A DNA stretch of 64,000 nucleotides, from IMG/VR virus record IMGVR_UViG_3300040856_003015, positions 1 to 64,000 of that record; one strand, given 5' to 3'. Of this stretch, positions 1 through 9,132 are shown one piece after another. Both the position numbers and the translations under genes were made by a program. How positions within the stretch are numbered: the stretch's first letter is position 1; each line of letters begins with the position of its first letter. Below the pieces are notes generated by a model that was not told where the DNA came from, did no database searches, and worked only from the letters and a program-made list of their open reading frames with translations. Origin of the DNA: a virus.

Positions 1-1
1 G

Positions 2-289
2 TTGCCTTCCCCATCTATCTGTTCCTCTTTGCCCATCTGTTTTTACAACTTTTCCTGGAGATTTATCTTTAATATCTTTTTTAGGAACCCTAAAAGATAT
101 TACTTTAGTATCCTCACCCTTTCTTTGCCCAAATGATTTTGCAGTTTCTTTTGATGTTGAAGTATAAACTTCTGGTGTATTGAACCCAGATTTTTTAATT
201 TTATCTGCAGAAGATGCAGAAGTTCCGTGATACATTTTTACAAACTTTAATCTTTTTGCCTCTGCAATAAATTCTTGAAATGTTTTCAT
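2..289 (-). CDS. Partial (runs off window) putative internal head protein with ADP-ribosyltransferase-like motif
   Basis: Not in ORF track; translated by hand from ATG at 289: MKTFQEFIAEAKRLKFVKMYHGTSASSADKIKKSGFNTPEVYTSTSKETAKSFG... YHGTS..I...GF...VY.S resembles H-type ART motifs; CTAAATA late-promoter variant upstream. Confidence 0.65.
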   Translation of the reverse strand, partial: MKTFQEFIAEAKRLKFVKMYHGTSASSADKIKKSGFNTPEVYTSTSKETAKSFGQRKGEDTKVISFRVPKKDIKDKSPGKVVKTDGQRGTDRWGRQ

Positions 290-310
290 TTCTTATTGGT
301 TTTTAGATAT

Positions 311-397
311 TTAGTTTTCATAACTCCACTTATATCCTTTACAGTGCTTAAATTTTCCTTCACAAGTATATTTGATATTAGAAGGAGTTGTTCCTAC
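311..397 (-). pseudogene. Remnant of a homing endonuclease C-terminal NUMOD1-type DNA-binding motif
   Basis: Start-less frame VGTTPSNIKYTCEGKFKHCKGYKWSYEN* right after the nrdA stop. Confidence 0.55.
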
Positions 398-404
398 ACT
401 TTCA

Positions 405-2705
405 TCAAATTTTACAACTTTCACAATCTTCTTCTTCAGCACCAGAAAGTTCTTGGAGAAGTGATTGAAGGTCTTGTTTTGGTTCTTCCACTACCTCATC
501 AGTTTTAATATCATAAGTGTTTTGATAATAACTTGTTTTCCAACCCATAGAGTAAGAATAAAGCATATCGTGTGCCATAACCGAAACAGGAACTTCATTA
601 TCAGGATAATTTTCTGGATTATAAGACCAATTTCCAGAGATTGCCTGATCGAAGAACTTTTGCATTACCGCAACAACATTAATATAACCAGTGTTGCTAG
701 GCATATCCCACAGAAGCGTATAATTGTTCCTGAGAGTTTGATATTGGGGAACAATCTGCTTGAGTGGCCCCTTCTTGGATCTCTTAATGGACAAGAATCC
801 ACGAGGAGGTTCTATTCCATTTGTTGCGTTTGACACAACGGAACTGCTCTCCGATGGCATCTGTGCGGACAACGTACTGTGTCTGAGACCATGTTCCAAG
901 ATAGATGTTCTAAGAGATTCCCAATCATGTTGAAGTTTAATAGAAGAAATTTCGTCTACGTCTTTTTTATAAGTATCAATCGGAAGAATTCCATCTGCAT
1001 ACTTAGTGCGTCCAAAGTATTCACAATAACCCTTTTCCTTAGCAAGTTGATTTGATGCTTTAAGTAGATAATATTGGAAAGACTCAGAAAGACCATGAAC
1101 AGCATCCCATGCTTCTTGAGAATCATAATTAAACCCAAGTTTTGCCAAATAGTGAGCAAGACCAATAAACCCTATACCAAGCGAACGACGCGCCTTGGTG
1201 GCGATTTCTGCCGCCTTTACGGGGTATTTTTGGTAGTCAATCAATTCATCCAATGCGCGAACAGAAAGATCGCAAAGTTCCTCAAGTTCTTCATCAGATT
1301 TTACTTTACCAACGTTGATAGCGGAAAGAATGCAAAGAGCAATTTCTCCCATTTCATCATCAATATGCTGAATAGGATAAGTAGGAAGAGTGATTTCTTG
1401 ACAAAGATTGCTCATCTCAATTTTGTCCTTAAAAGAGGAGTGAGAGTTGCAATGATCAATATTCATAATATAAATACGACCAGTTTCTGCACGCTCCTTC
1501 AAAAGTTTAAGAATTAATTCTTGTGCCCTAATAGTCTTTTTTGGAATTGTTGGAGTTTGTTCATAAGATACATATAACTCATCAAATCGATCAGTACCAA
1601 AAGCATCATACAACCCCGGAACGTCGTGTGGAGAGAAGAGTGTGATCTCTGTGTCTTGGATGAAACGTTCATAGAAAATTTTGCTGATTTGAATAGAGTA
1701 ATCTAGTTTACGAACACGGTTATCCTCAGTTCCTTTATTATTCTTTAATACGAGGATGTCTTCTATTTCTTGGTGCCAGATTGGAAAGTGGACAGTAGCA
1801 CTTCCACCGCGAATCCCGTTTTGTGTACAACTTCTGACAGTTGCTTCAAACTTTTTGAGGAATGGGATAATACCTGTGTGAATAACTTCTCCCCCTCGGA
1901 TTTTACTGTTGATGCCACGGAGTCTACCTGCGTTGATACCAATTCCTGCTCTTTGAGCAACATACCTAAAAATTGCAGCATCACTAGACTCAATACTGCG
2001 CATGGTGTCGTCAATATCAACAAGAACGCAACTCGCAAATTGGCGAAGTGGGGTTCTAACGCCTCCCATGATTGGTGTTGGGATGTTGATCTTGTGCTTT
2101 GATATGGCATCGTAATATTTTTTTACGTGGTGTAATCTTGTTTGTTTTGGATACTCTGCAAAAATAGTCAGAGAAATCATCATGTACATAAATTGTGGAG
2201 TTTCATATATTCCCCCAGTACTTCTATCTTGCACGAGGTACTTATCAACGACTTGACGTAAACCTGCATAAGTGAATAAGTAGTCACGGTCATGATCGAT
2301 GTAAGAATTAACTTTTTCAATTTCCTCTTGTGAGTATTTAACAAAAATTTCACTATCATAAACACCATCATTCACACATTTATAAATGTGTTGCTCTAAA
2401 TGTGGAAGTTCTTTCATCTTTCCATACAACTGTTTTCTAATAGAAAAAAGAAGTAAGCGAGCAGCAACATATTGATAATTTGGATGATCAAGATCAATTA
2501 AATCTGATGCTGATCGAATTAAAATTTCTTGAATTTCTGCAGTCGTAATTCCATTATAAAATTGAATTCCTGACTTCATCTCAACTTGACTTGCAGAAAC
2601 ACCCGCAAGTCCTTTACATGCTTCTCCAACCATCAGATGAATTTTATCCAAATCGAGAGATTCGATTCTCCCATCACGCTTTTTTACTTTAGTTCCGTTA
2701 CTCAT
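405..2705 (-). CDS. nrdA: Ribonucleotide reductase class Ia alpha subunit
   Basis: ATP-cone (VKKRDG), FASCVL, SNLCQEI radical Cys, MPSESSS, C-terminal CESC; no intein; start taken at MSNG. Confidence 0.97.
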   Translation of the reverse strand: MSNGTKVKKRDGRIESLDLDKIHLMVGEACKGLAGVSASQVEMKSGIQFYNGITTAEIQEILIRSASDLIDLDHPNYQYVAARLLLFSIRKQLYGKMKELPHLEQHIYKCVNDGVYDSEIFVKYSQEEIEKVNSYIDHDRDYLFTYAGLRQVVDKYLVQDRSTGGIYETPQFMYMMISLTIFAEYPKQTRLHHVKKYYDAISKHKINIPTPIMGGVRTPLRQFASCVLVDIDDTMRSIESSDAAIFRYVAQRAGIGINAGRLRGINSKIRGGEVIHTGIIPFLKKFEATVRSCTQNGIRGGSATVHFPIWHQEIEDILVLKNNKGTEDNRVRKLDYSIQISKIFYERFIQDTEITLFSPHDVPGLYDAFGTDRFDELYVSYEQTPTIPKKTIRAQELILKLLKERAETGRIYIMNIDHCNSHSSFKDKIEMSNLCQEITLPTYPIQHIDDEMGEIALCILSAINVGKVKSDEELEELCDLSVRALDELIDYQKYPVKAAEIATKARRSLGIGFIGLAHYLAKLGFNYDSQEAWDAVHGLSESFQYYLLKASNQLAKEKGYCEYFGRTKYADGILPIDTYKKDVDEISSIKLQHDWESLRTSILEHGLRHSTLSAQMPSESSSVVSNATNGIEPPRGFLSIKRSKKGPLKQIVPQYQTLRNNYTLLWDMPSNTGYINVVAVMQKFFDQAISGNWSYNPENYPDNEVPVSVMAHDMLYSYSMGWKTSYYQNTYDIKTDEVVEEPKQDLQSLLQELSGAEEEDCESCKI

Positions 2706-3673
2706 ATTTTCTTCCAAGTGGTAAATTTTAGTTTTGCTTCTAGTCCAGTGTAGATATTAGATTTTATCACAGATTGAACATCTAGTCCAGACAATACCAT
2801 TTCATTAATATCTTTTTCACTAATGGATGAAGGCCAAATAACTATTGGAATATTTTGATCGATTATTTTTTCCATCCGTAAGTGAATTTCATGGTTTCTT
2901 GGTTCATTGTCATAAACATATACCAAGTGAGAAATATTTAGATCTTTTAAATTAATGTCAGATCCACACATCGCTACACTGTTGTCAATAAAGTTAGAAT
3001 CAAATGGACCCTCAACAACATAAACTGGTTTATTTAAATCTAAGTTATCATAACCATAAATTTTTGGAGCATCCTGATCTAACATTATAGTGATATACTT
3101 GATTTTATTATTATCCAAGGATCTTCCCTGAAATCCGACTAATTTTTTATTGTAGTAAAGTGGTATAATGATCCTAGGTTCATCGTATACAATTTTTTCA
3201 AAAACTTTTTTTTGTTGATTTACCCACTGTTTAAAATTTGGAGTGTAAAAAAATTTTTTAGGGTCTAATTTCCTCTTATCAAGATATTCTTTTGCTTGTT
3301 CATTAGTATCTGCCGTCGGCAAATCTAACTTTTTTTTAAAGTTTGGTTTTTCGAATTTAAATTGTTTTTCTGGAGGAACAGAAGGCTTTGTTTTGGTATT
3401 ATTTGTTTTGAACTTTTCTAGAGAATACTCTTTATATAAAGAAGAATCAACTTGCTTTAAAAAATTTGAAAATGAGATACTTATGCCACAGTTATGGCAT
3501 TTATAATTTGTATTATTTTTTACGGAATAAAGAAATCCTCTAGATTTATTTTTATTTTTCTTAGAATCTCCACAGATAGGACACCGGAAGTTGTAGAGAT
3601 TTAAATTCTTCTTTGAAAATTTATCAAGTTTAACTGATAAAGTATTAATATATTTGTCATCAATAAAATCCAT
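2702..3673 (-). CDS. gp61: DNA primase
   Basis: NFRCPICGDS...CHNC zinc finger, GFQGR, VVEGPFDS TOPRIM, KDINEM; start taken at MDFID. Confidence 0.95.
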   Translation of the reverse strand: MDFIDDKYINTLSVKLDKFSKKNLNLYNFRCPICGDSKKNKNKSRGFLYSVKNNTNYKCHNCGISISFSNFLKQVDSSLYKEYSLEKFKTNNTKTKPSVPPEKQFKFEKPNFKKKLDLPTADTNEQAKEYLDKRKLDPKKFFYTPNFKQWVNQQKKVFEKIVYDEPRIIIPLYYNKKLVGFQGRSLDNNKIKYITIMLDQDAPKIYGYDNLDLNKPVYVVEGPFDSNFIDNSVAMCGSDINLKDLNISHLVYVYDNEPRNHEIHLRMEKIIDQNIPIVIWPSSISEKDINEMVLSGLDVQSVIKSNIYTGLEAKLKFTTWKKI

Positions 3674-3697
3674 AATAAAAAATCCAAAGACAACACT

Positions 3698-3725
3698 AGT
3701 ATACCAGATCACGTCCCGTTGTCAA
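3698..3725 (-). promoter_or_regulatory. Sigma70-type early promoter for gp61-nrdA
   Basis: TTGACA-N16-TATACT on minus strand upstream of primase. Confidence 0.7.
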
Positions 3726-3740
3726 GGTCTAGATGGGTTA

Positions 3741-4166
3741 TTATTTTCTTATATTTTCTATTACAGATTCTCTTCCAGAAAAGACGTTTTTAACTGAAGG
3801 TGTGGCAACATCTAATACTGCAAGTAGTACGACCAACACTGTAAGAACTCCACCAACTTGCCACCTAAACTTTGCAAGATTATCTAATTTAGTTTCCAAC
3901 TTGTCCATTCTTTCTATTACAGATTTATGTTCTTCTTTATTTTCTCTTTTAACATCATCAACTATTTTTATAAGTAATTCGTCACTTTTTGTTGCTTGTC
4001 CTATCTTCTCATCATGTTTTGCTAAAATATTAGCAATCCTAGAATTTCCCTCAGATATTTTTTCTACAGCAGATTCAAGTTTGGCTAACATCTCTCTTGA
4101 TAAATCTTCATATATATTCAGTTTTGATTCTAGGACTGCAAGCTTAGACTCTGAAGATTTAAACAT
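3741..4166 (-). CDS. Coiled-coil protein with C-terminal transmembrane helix
   Basis: Heptad-rich N-terminus, hydrophobic WQVGGVLTVLVVLLAVL. Confidence 0.65.
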   Translation of the reverse strand: MFKSSESKLAVLESKLNIYEDLSREMLAKLESAVEKISEGNSRIANILAKHDEKIGQATKSDELLIKIVDDVKRENKEEHKSVIERMDKLETKLDNLAKFRWQVGGVLTVLVVLLAVLDVATPSVKNVFSGRESVIENIRK

Positions 4167-4368
4167 GGGTGCTACTTACTTTTTTTCTTCTCATTATTCT
4201 GACAAGATCCTTAAAGAAAGGATTCCATTTATATTTAGTCCTTAGATCAATTCTAACTGGCGGATCGTCACCAGCTTGAGAAGTTCCTGCAATTTGCCCA
4301 GAACCTAAGGACATTTCTTCGGATAAATGCCTTTTAAAAATTTTTATTACCCTATCAATTTTTTCCAT
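4159..4368 (-). CDS. Hypothetical protein
   Basis: 69-aa ORF overlapping both neighbours in operon fashion. Confidence 0.6.
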   Translation of the reverse strand: MEKIDRVIKIFKRHLSEEMSLGSGQIAGTSQAGDDPPVRIDLRTKYKWNPFFKDLVRIMRRKKVSSTHV

Positions 4369-4747
4369 TTTCGGTGTAAATTTTTTTTAATAAATTCATA
4401 CAATTTTCATCAATATCAATATCGTGAATATAAGTTTTTGGGTAATCTGGAAGTCTATCCAAAAAAACAATAAATGTTTTCACTTGCTTCCACATATCCT
4501 TGTCGAACTTATAAAAAAGCATGGGATTAGTTGCTTCACCAAATATATTGTACAAAGTCATGAAATGATTTATGAGAAGGTGAGTTTTTAATTCACCTTT
4601 ATTAATATACCTTTTCAATAACCTTTTAATATACTTAAAATGATTAAGATCTTTTTCAAAATCCTCACGAGTTATTGCATGAGGATTTTCATAATTTTTT
4701 ATAGCAAACAAAAGGAAATTATCGGAATTTAATTCATTAAAAAACAT
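4355..4747 (-). CDS. Conserved T4-like phage hypothetical protein
   Basis: F.ELN..NF.LFAIK.Y.NP...EDF..DL..FKYIKRL pattern typical of cyanophage late region. Confidence 0.75.
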   Translation of the reverse strand: MFFNELNSDNFLLFAIKNYENPHAITREDFEKDLNHFKYIKRLLKRYINKGELKTHLLINHFMTLYNIFGEATNPMLFYKFDKDMWKQVKTFIVFLDRLPDYPKTYIHDIDIDENCMNLLKKIYTENGKN

Positions 4748-4753
4748 ATTTTA

Positions 4754-5596
4754 TCATGAAACTGTCATTGTTGCTATACCGGAAGTTACGGTAACATCCC
4801 CGGATGTAATCACTACCTGATACTCATATCCATCCTTAGTTGCATCAGTATTAGCAATACTTACGCTAGTTCCAGTTTCTCCAGAAAGAGTAGATCCTTC
4901 CTCATACCACTGATAGGACAGAGGTGCATATGAAGGAACAACGGTAGCAGATACGCTAAATGTTGCAGTTTCAGTTGTTCCGACCCCAACAGAAGCAGGT
5001 TGAGAAGTAATAGTAATTACAGCGTCTGCAAGGACTGAATCATCAGCAGCATCACCTGGTTGAGTATAAGTTGGGAATGATCCATTAGTTATTTCAGACA
5101 TTGCAACTAATGTTTCGGACTTAACTCTCAAATTACCATGCATATCGATATAAGTATGAATACCAACCCATCCAGCATGGAATCCACCATATTGTGTGGA
5201 TAAACCAGATGCTCCAGGTGCTAAAAGTCCAGCCTCATAAATATCGACACCATATACATCATGTTTTGGTACAGTAGTTGTTAAACCAATAACATTTGAT
5301 GAATAGTTGGAATCGTGAAGTGTATAAATTGGTCTTTCTGAAATTGAATATGCAACGCCAGAAATAACTTCACCTGTTAAAAACTGTGTAGTAGCGATTG
5401 AAATAACAGTATCAGATGTAATGCCAGAAATTACTACAGATCCAAAAGTTCCCCCAACACCGATGGTAATTACATCTCCAGTTGAAATACCTACAGCAGT
5501 AAATGAAGTTCCAGAACCAGTAATAGTTTTTGCAGCATAATCTAAATCTACACTTCCAATAGAGTAAAGACTATCTGCTGTTCCCCAGAGTGCCAT
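4754..5596 (-). CDS. Virion structural protein with C-terminal Ig-like domain
   Basis: MALWG start, HAGWV...RVKSETLVAM motif, ITITSQP...LSYQWY...DGYEYQVVIT Ig-like repeat; late promoter upstream. Confidence 0.75.
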   Translation of the reverse strand: MALWGTADSLYSIGSVDLDYAAKTITGSGTSFTAVGISTGDVITIGVGGTFGSVVISGITSDTVISIATTQFLTGEVISGVAYSISERPIYTLHDSNYSSNVIGLTTTVPKHDVYGVDIYEAGLLAPGASGLSTQYGGFHAGWVGIHTYIDMHGNLRVKSETLVAMSEITNGSFPTYTQPGDAADDSVLADAVITITSQPASVGVGTTETATFSVSATVVPSYAPLSYQWYEEGSTLSGETGTSVSIANTDATKDGYEYQVVITSGDVTVTSGIATMTVS

Positions 5597-5631
5597 TCTT
5601 TTTTACCTTTACTAAAAATTTAATCTAAGAA

Positions 5632-5639
5632 TATTTATA
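5632..5639 (-). promoter_or_regulatory. T4-type late promoter
   Basis: TATAAATA about 35 nt upstream of the 5596 start. Confidence 0.75.
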
Positions 5640-5670
5640 AAAAGAGAGACCTCATATATTTGAGGTCTCT
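5639..5670 (-). terminator. Rho-independent terminator
   Basis: AGAGACCTCA/TGAGGTCTCT inverted repeat followed by a T-run on minus strand. Confidence 0.7.
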
Positions 5671-5689
5671 TGTTATTATATGAAATTAT

Positions 5690-5863
5690 TTATAAGCAAT
5701 TTTTAAGTAGTGCTTTTTTAACACTTCCGGCAATTATATCATCAATATCATTATCAGTTGTTTTCACATAACGCTCAAGTAGTTCAACTACAAGACGCTT
5801 AGTGTGACAAGAATTCATTGCCGCCAAGAGAAGTGGTTTTACTACTTCTACTAGTACACCCAT
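5690..5863 (-). CDS. Small conserved cyanophage-type protein
   Basis: MGVLVEVVKPLL...KTTDNDIDD; strong SD AAGGAGGA before ATG at 5863. Confidence 0.75.
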   Translation of the reverse strand: MGVLVEVVKPLLLAAMNSCHTKRLVVELLERYVKTTDNDIDDIIAGSVKKALLKNCL

Positions 5864-5904
5864 GATGTCCTCCTTATAAGTGGATTCAGAACTATTTAGA
5901 AAAA

Positions 5905-8007
5905 TCAATCTCCAGAACGATACCCTCTAATACCACCTAAACCATCCTTACTATAAACATCATCCTTATATCTTTCTTTAGAAGAAGCTTTTGGTTGTGT
6001 GTTTGCTTTTGCTTTTGCTGCTGCTGCCTTTCTTGCTGCCTTATTTTCAGGAGTTCCCACCAGTGATGCCGCACCATATTTATCAATAATTTTTTGCCTT
6101 ACAATATCAAGTGCAGAAGGTTTTTCATTTTCTTCTCCCATAGATCCTCTTCCCATGGGAAGTTTGCCAAGTTTTTGTTGATTCAAAATATCCATTTCAT
6201 ACTTTCTTTTTTTGTCAAGCATTCTTTTTTGATTTGTAAGTTGCTGCCTTTGAATATTATCCTGTTTAGCAGTTGTTCCCACTGGAGGATTATTCTCTCT
6301 TCCAGAAATTTGAGATACTGCTTCATCAACTTTCTTAGGAACATCTGAGTGCTTTGTTTTTGCATACTTACGAATTTGCTTTTCACTCATGGTTTCAACA
6401 ATTTTAAGTACTTCCGCACTTACTTCCGATCTTGGTGTCTGTCCTCTTTTAACTGAAAGAGCAAGACCAAAAAGTTTTTGCTGTTGCTCACTTTCTGCTT
6501 CTTCAGAAATTCCAAGTTTTTTCTTTATTGCTTGACCAGTTTTACTCTTTCCAGCCTCTTTACCTAAACGATGAGCAACTATACCAGCACCATGGACAAC
6601 ACCAGCAGTAGTTCCTGCTGCCCTAGCAACTTTTTTACTGTCTTCTCTTGCTCTATCCCCAACATACTTTAATGCACTACCAATTCTAGATGCTATACCA
6701 GACTTAGTTTTAGTTGATTTTGATTTAGTAGGAGTTTGGTTTGACTTTGCCTTTTCCATATTTCTCTTTCTTTGAGCATCTTGGAGTCTTGCTAAAGTCT
6801 TTTGTCTTTCAGTAGGTTCTGGAGTTTGTCTTGCTGCTGCTCTTGCCTCTCCCCTTGCCTTATCAGATCTTTCTTTGGCGGCGGCAGATCCACCTTTCAA
6901 GTCCGATACATTCTTTCTAGAAACTGATTTTTTAGTAATTCTTTCTCTAGACTTTGCTGGTAATGCAGTCTCACCTGATCTTAATTTTCTTTCTACTAAA
7001 ATATTTTGATTAACTATATCAAACACCCACTCACAGAAAGAATCTTCACCCATCTCATCGATAAGAATCTGAACTCCATGTTCATTCAAACCCTGCCCAT
7101 AAAAATATTCTGTAGAAATATCTATTGCTTCTGAAAGATATTCTTCAGAAATTTCAAATGACTCAAATACTTGAACTTGTTCTATATTGATTTCTGGGTT
7201 TATTATTATATTATTAGAAACCTTTTTTTCTTTTACTTGAGTCTTTTCTTGATTTTTAATATCATCTTCAACAACTTCAAAAAGATCATTTCTCCAATCA
7301 GAAAAATCTTCCTTTATCTTTACTTTAGAATTCTTTTTATTAATTTTATTGGATATTACTTTACGACGATTTAAAAGATATTGATCATTTTTATCTTTGC
7401 TCGCGGGAATTCCATCATTATCTACATCACCTTTCTTATCTTCTTTACCAACTGGATCCAATCCTTTACCTGAAGTAGTTTTAGAAGTTTGCTCTCCCTT
7501 GGATTTTTCTCCTTCATAAGGATCACCATATTGAGTCATTTCAACAGATGATATATTTGGATTAGATCTCAATTTAGAAATTTTTTCTCTAGTAGCATAA
7601 CGAACATAAGTTTTTTTAGATAAGTTATCTGTTACCCTCACTTTGTATTTTTTAGTATTGCTGTTATACTTATTATAGTGGGGTGCTTCATCAATATATT
7701 CTTCATCTACAGATGATGAACTAGACTTAGAAAGTCCAAGTTTTTCTTTTACTATCATTCTCTCAGAAGAAGATAATGAAGAGTGGGCCATATACTGAGA
7801 AAATGCCGATTGAATTGGCACATTCTCTCTTCTTGCTCTATATCTAATATCGTAAACTGCTTGTCTTATTTTTTTCTCTGAGGATGCATTAGGATCACCA
7901 GATTTATTTTCCCCAGATGACCCTGAAGATTCCTTCTTCCCAAGTTGTGGAGTTATAACTTCTTTAATATAAGATTCATATAGATCAATAGTAATATTAG
8001 ATGGCAT
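5905..8007 (-). CDS. Large modular late protein, possible internal head polyprotein
   Basis: 700 aa, Lys-rich modules incl. LDPVGKED..DVDNDG and a DUF3008-like QQQKLFGLALSVKRG..MSEKQIRKYAKTKH segment; ATAAATA upstream. Confidence 0.7.
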   Translation of the reverse strand: MPSNITIDLYESYIKEVITPQLGKKESSGSSGENKSGDPNASSEKKIRQAVYDIRYRARRENVPIQSAFSQYMAHSSLSSSERMIVKEKLGLSKSSSSSVDEEYIDEAPHYNKYNSNTKKYKVRVTDNLSKKTYVRYATREKISKLRSNPNISSVEMTQYGDPYEGEKSKGEQTSKTTSGKGLDPVGKEDKKGDVDNDGIPASKDKNDQYLLNRRKVISNKINKKNSKVKIKEDFSDWRNDLFEVVEDDIKNQEKTQVKEKKVSNNIIINPEINIEQVQVFESFEISEEYLSEAIDISTEYFYGQGLNEHGVQILIDEMGEDSFCEWVFDIVNQNILVERKLRSGETALPAKSRERITKKSVSRKNVSDLKGGSAAAKERSDKARGEARAAARQTPEPTERQKTLARLQDAQRKRNMEKAKSNQTPTKSKSTKTKSGIASRIGSALKYVGDRAREDSKKVARAAGTTAGVVHGAGIVAHRLGKEAGKSKTGQAIKKKLGISEEAESEQQQKLFGLALSVKRGQTPRSEVSAEVLKIVETMSEKQIRKYAKTKHSDVPKKVDEAVSQISGRENNPPVGTTAKQDNIQRQQLTNQKRMLDKKRKYEMDILNQQKLGKLPMGRGSMGEENEKPSALDIVRQKIIDKYGAASLVGTPENKAARKAAAAKAKANTQPKASSKERYKDDVYSKDGLGGIRGYRSGD

Positions 8008-8011
8008 TTTA

Positions 8012-8584
8012 CTACTTTTTAGTATTTTTCCTGTATTTATTTATCATATTTTTGATTTTATTAATATGTGCCATTTTCATTGTATACTGAACTAAACTAT
8101 CTGTCCCAACTTCCCTTTTATCTGCAGTTACACCAGATTCATTAGTCCATTCCATAAGATCATGTATCCAAGATTTAAACATTTCATTATCTTCTGTGAC
8201 ACATATTAAGTGATTTGCCCCCTTTCGGATTATTGATCCAACTTTACCATCACTAATTCTTTTAACAAGATCACCTTCATTAAAAATTTCTCCACTTATA
8301 TATTTTTCTCGTATTTGATTATTTGAAGATACTTGAGTTGCTTTTGCTAAAGAAGCTACTCTCCTTTGTGCAGTAGGAGTTTGTGCATGTACTTGTTTTG
8401 GATCTTTTCCACCAATAACTTGTTTTTGATTGTAGAACTTAAGGTTACCATCTACAGACTTGGCAACAAATTCTCCATCCTTGTACCATCCACCTTTACC
8501 ATCACTAGTTAATCCCAATCTTTTGGCATTTAACACGGCTAAAGATTGAGATGCTTCATTTATAAATTGATTATATCTTTTCAT
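8012..8584 (-). CDS. Late protein with capsid-targeting-like N-terminus
   Basis: MKRYNQFINEA start; REKYISGEIFNEGDLV...FKSWIHDL domain. Confidence 0.7.
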   Translation of the reverse strand: MKRYNQFINEASQSLAVLNAKRLGLTSDGKGGWYKDGEFVAKSVDGNLKFYNQKQVIGGKDPKQVHAQTPTAQRRVASLAKATQVSSNNQIREKYISGEIFNEGDLVKRISDGKVGSIIRKGANHLICVTEDNEMFKSWIHDLMEWTNESGVTADKREVGTDSLVQYTMKMAHINKIKNMINKYRKNTKK

Positions 8585-8668
8585 TTACTTATGCTACTTT
8601 GGTAAAAGATAATACTACTATTTATTTCATAAAAAAGTCTCCCTATGGAAACTTAATAAACTTACTAA

Positions 8669-9085
8669 TCACAAATCATTTTCAGACCTATTCTCACTAC
8701 GATAAATATCAAATTTCCCTTCTGGATAACGAGAACTTAGTTTTTCATAATTCATTTGAAGAATTTCATCAAATGATGTATTTAATGCCATACATGCTTG
8801 AGCAATATACCAACAAATATCTCCCAATTCCCTTTTCATATGAAAGACGTTTTCTTCCGTGTATGGTTTTCCCTGGAGAATAATTTTCTTTACAATTTCA
8901 GTAAATTCTCCAGCTTCAGCACTCATACCTAAAGAAGATGTCAATAAATGCGGAATATCAGCACCGCTTTGTTCAAGATCATTTACTCTTTCAATAAGTT
9001 TTAAAAGATCACTACTAGCCGGACTTGTAGTTTGGCGAACGAATTCAATGTATTTGTTTGAGTCAACGATTGTATTTTCAGCCAT
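8669..9085 (-). CDS. mazG: MazG-like nucleotide pyrophosphohydrolase
   Basis: GMSAEAGEFTEIVKK...ELGDICWY...NYEKLSSRYP; start uncertain (9085 or 9136). Confidence 0.9.
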   Translation of the reverse strand: MAENTIVDSNKYIEFVRQTTSPASSDLLKLIERVNDLEQSGADIPHLLTSSLGMSAEAGEFTEIVKKIILQGKPYTEENVFHMKRELGDICWYIAQACMALNTSFDEILQMNYEKLSSRYPEGKFDIYRSENRSENDL

Positions 9086-9132
9086 AGTAAATTTAGTAGA
9101 TCCATCAGAAAGAGTTTCTTTTTTAATATAGA

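Noticed and set aside
275-2371. Several short ORFs overlapping nrdA, and similar ones over gp23, cobT and the 2514-aa gene
   Set aside because: Shadow or alternative frames inside well-conserved genes, without SD or motifs
8005-8025. Possible frameshift at T AAA AAG TAG ending the 8012 ORF
   Set aside because: Imperfect heptamer, no hairpin seen, and the next gene is not in the -1 frame and has its own ATG and late promoter
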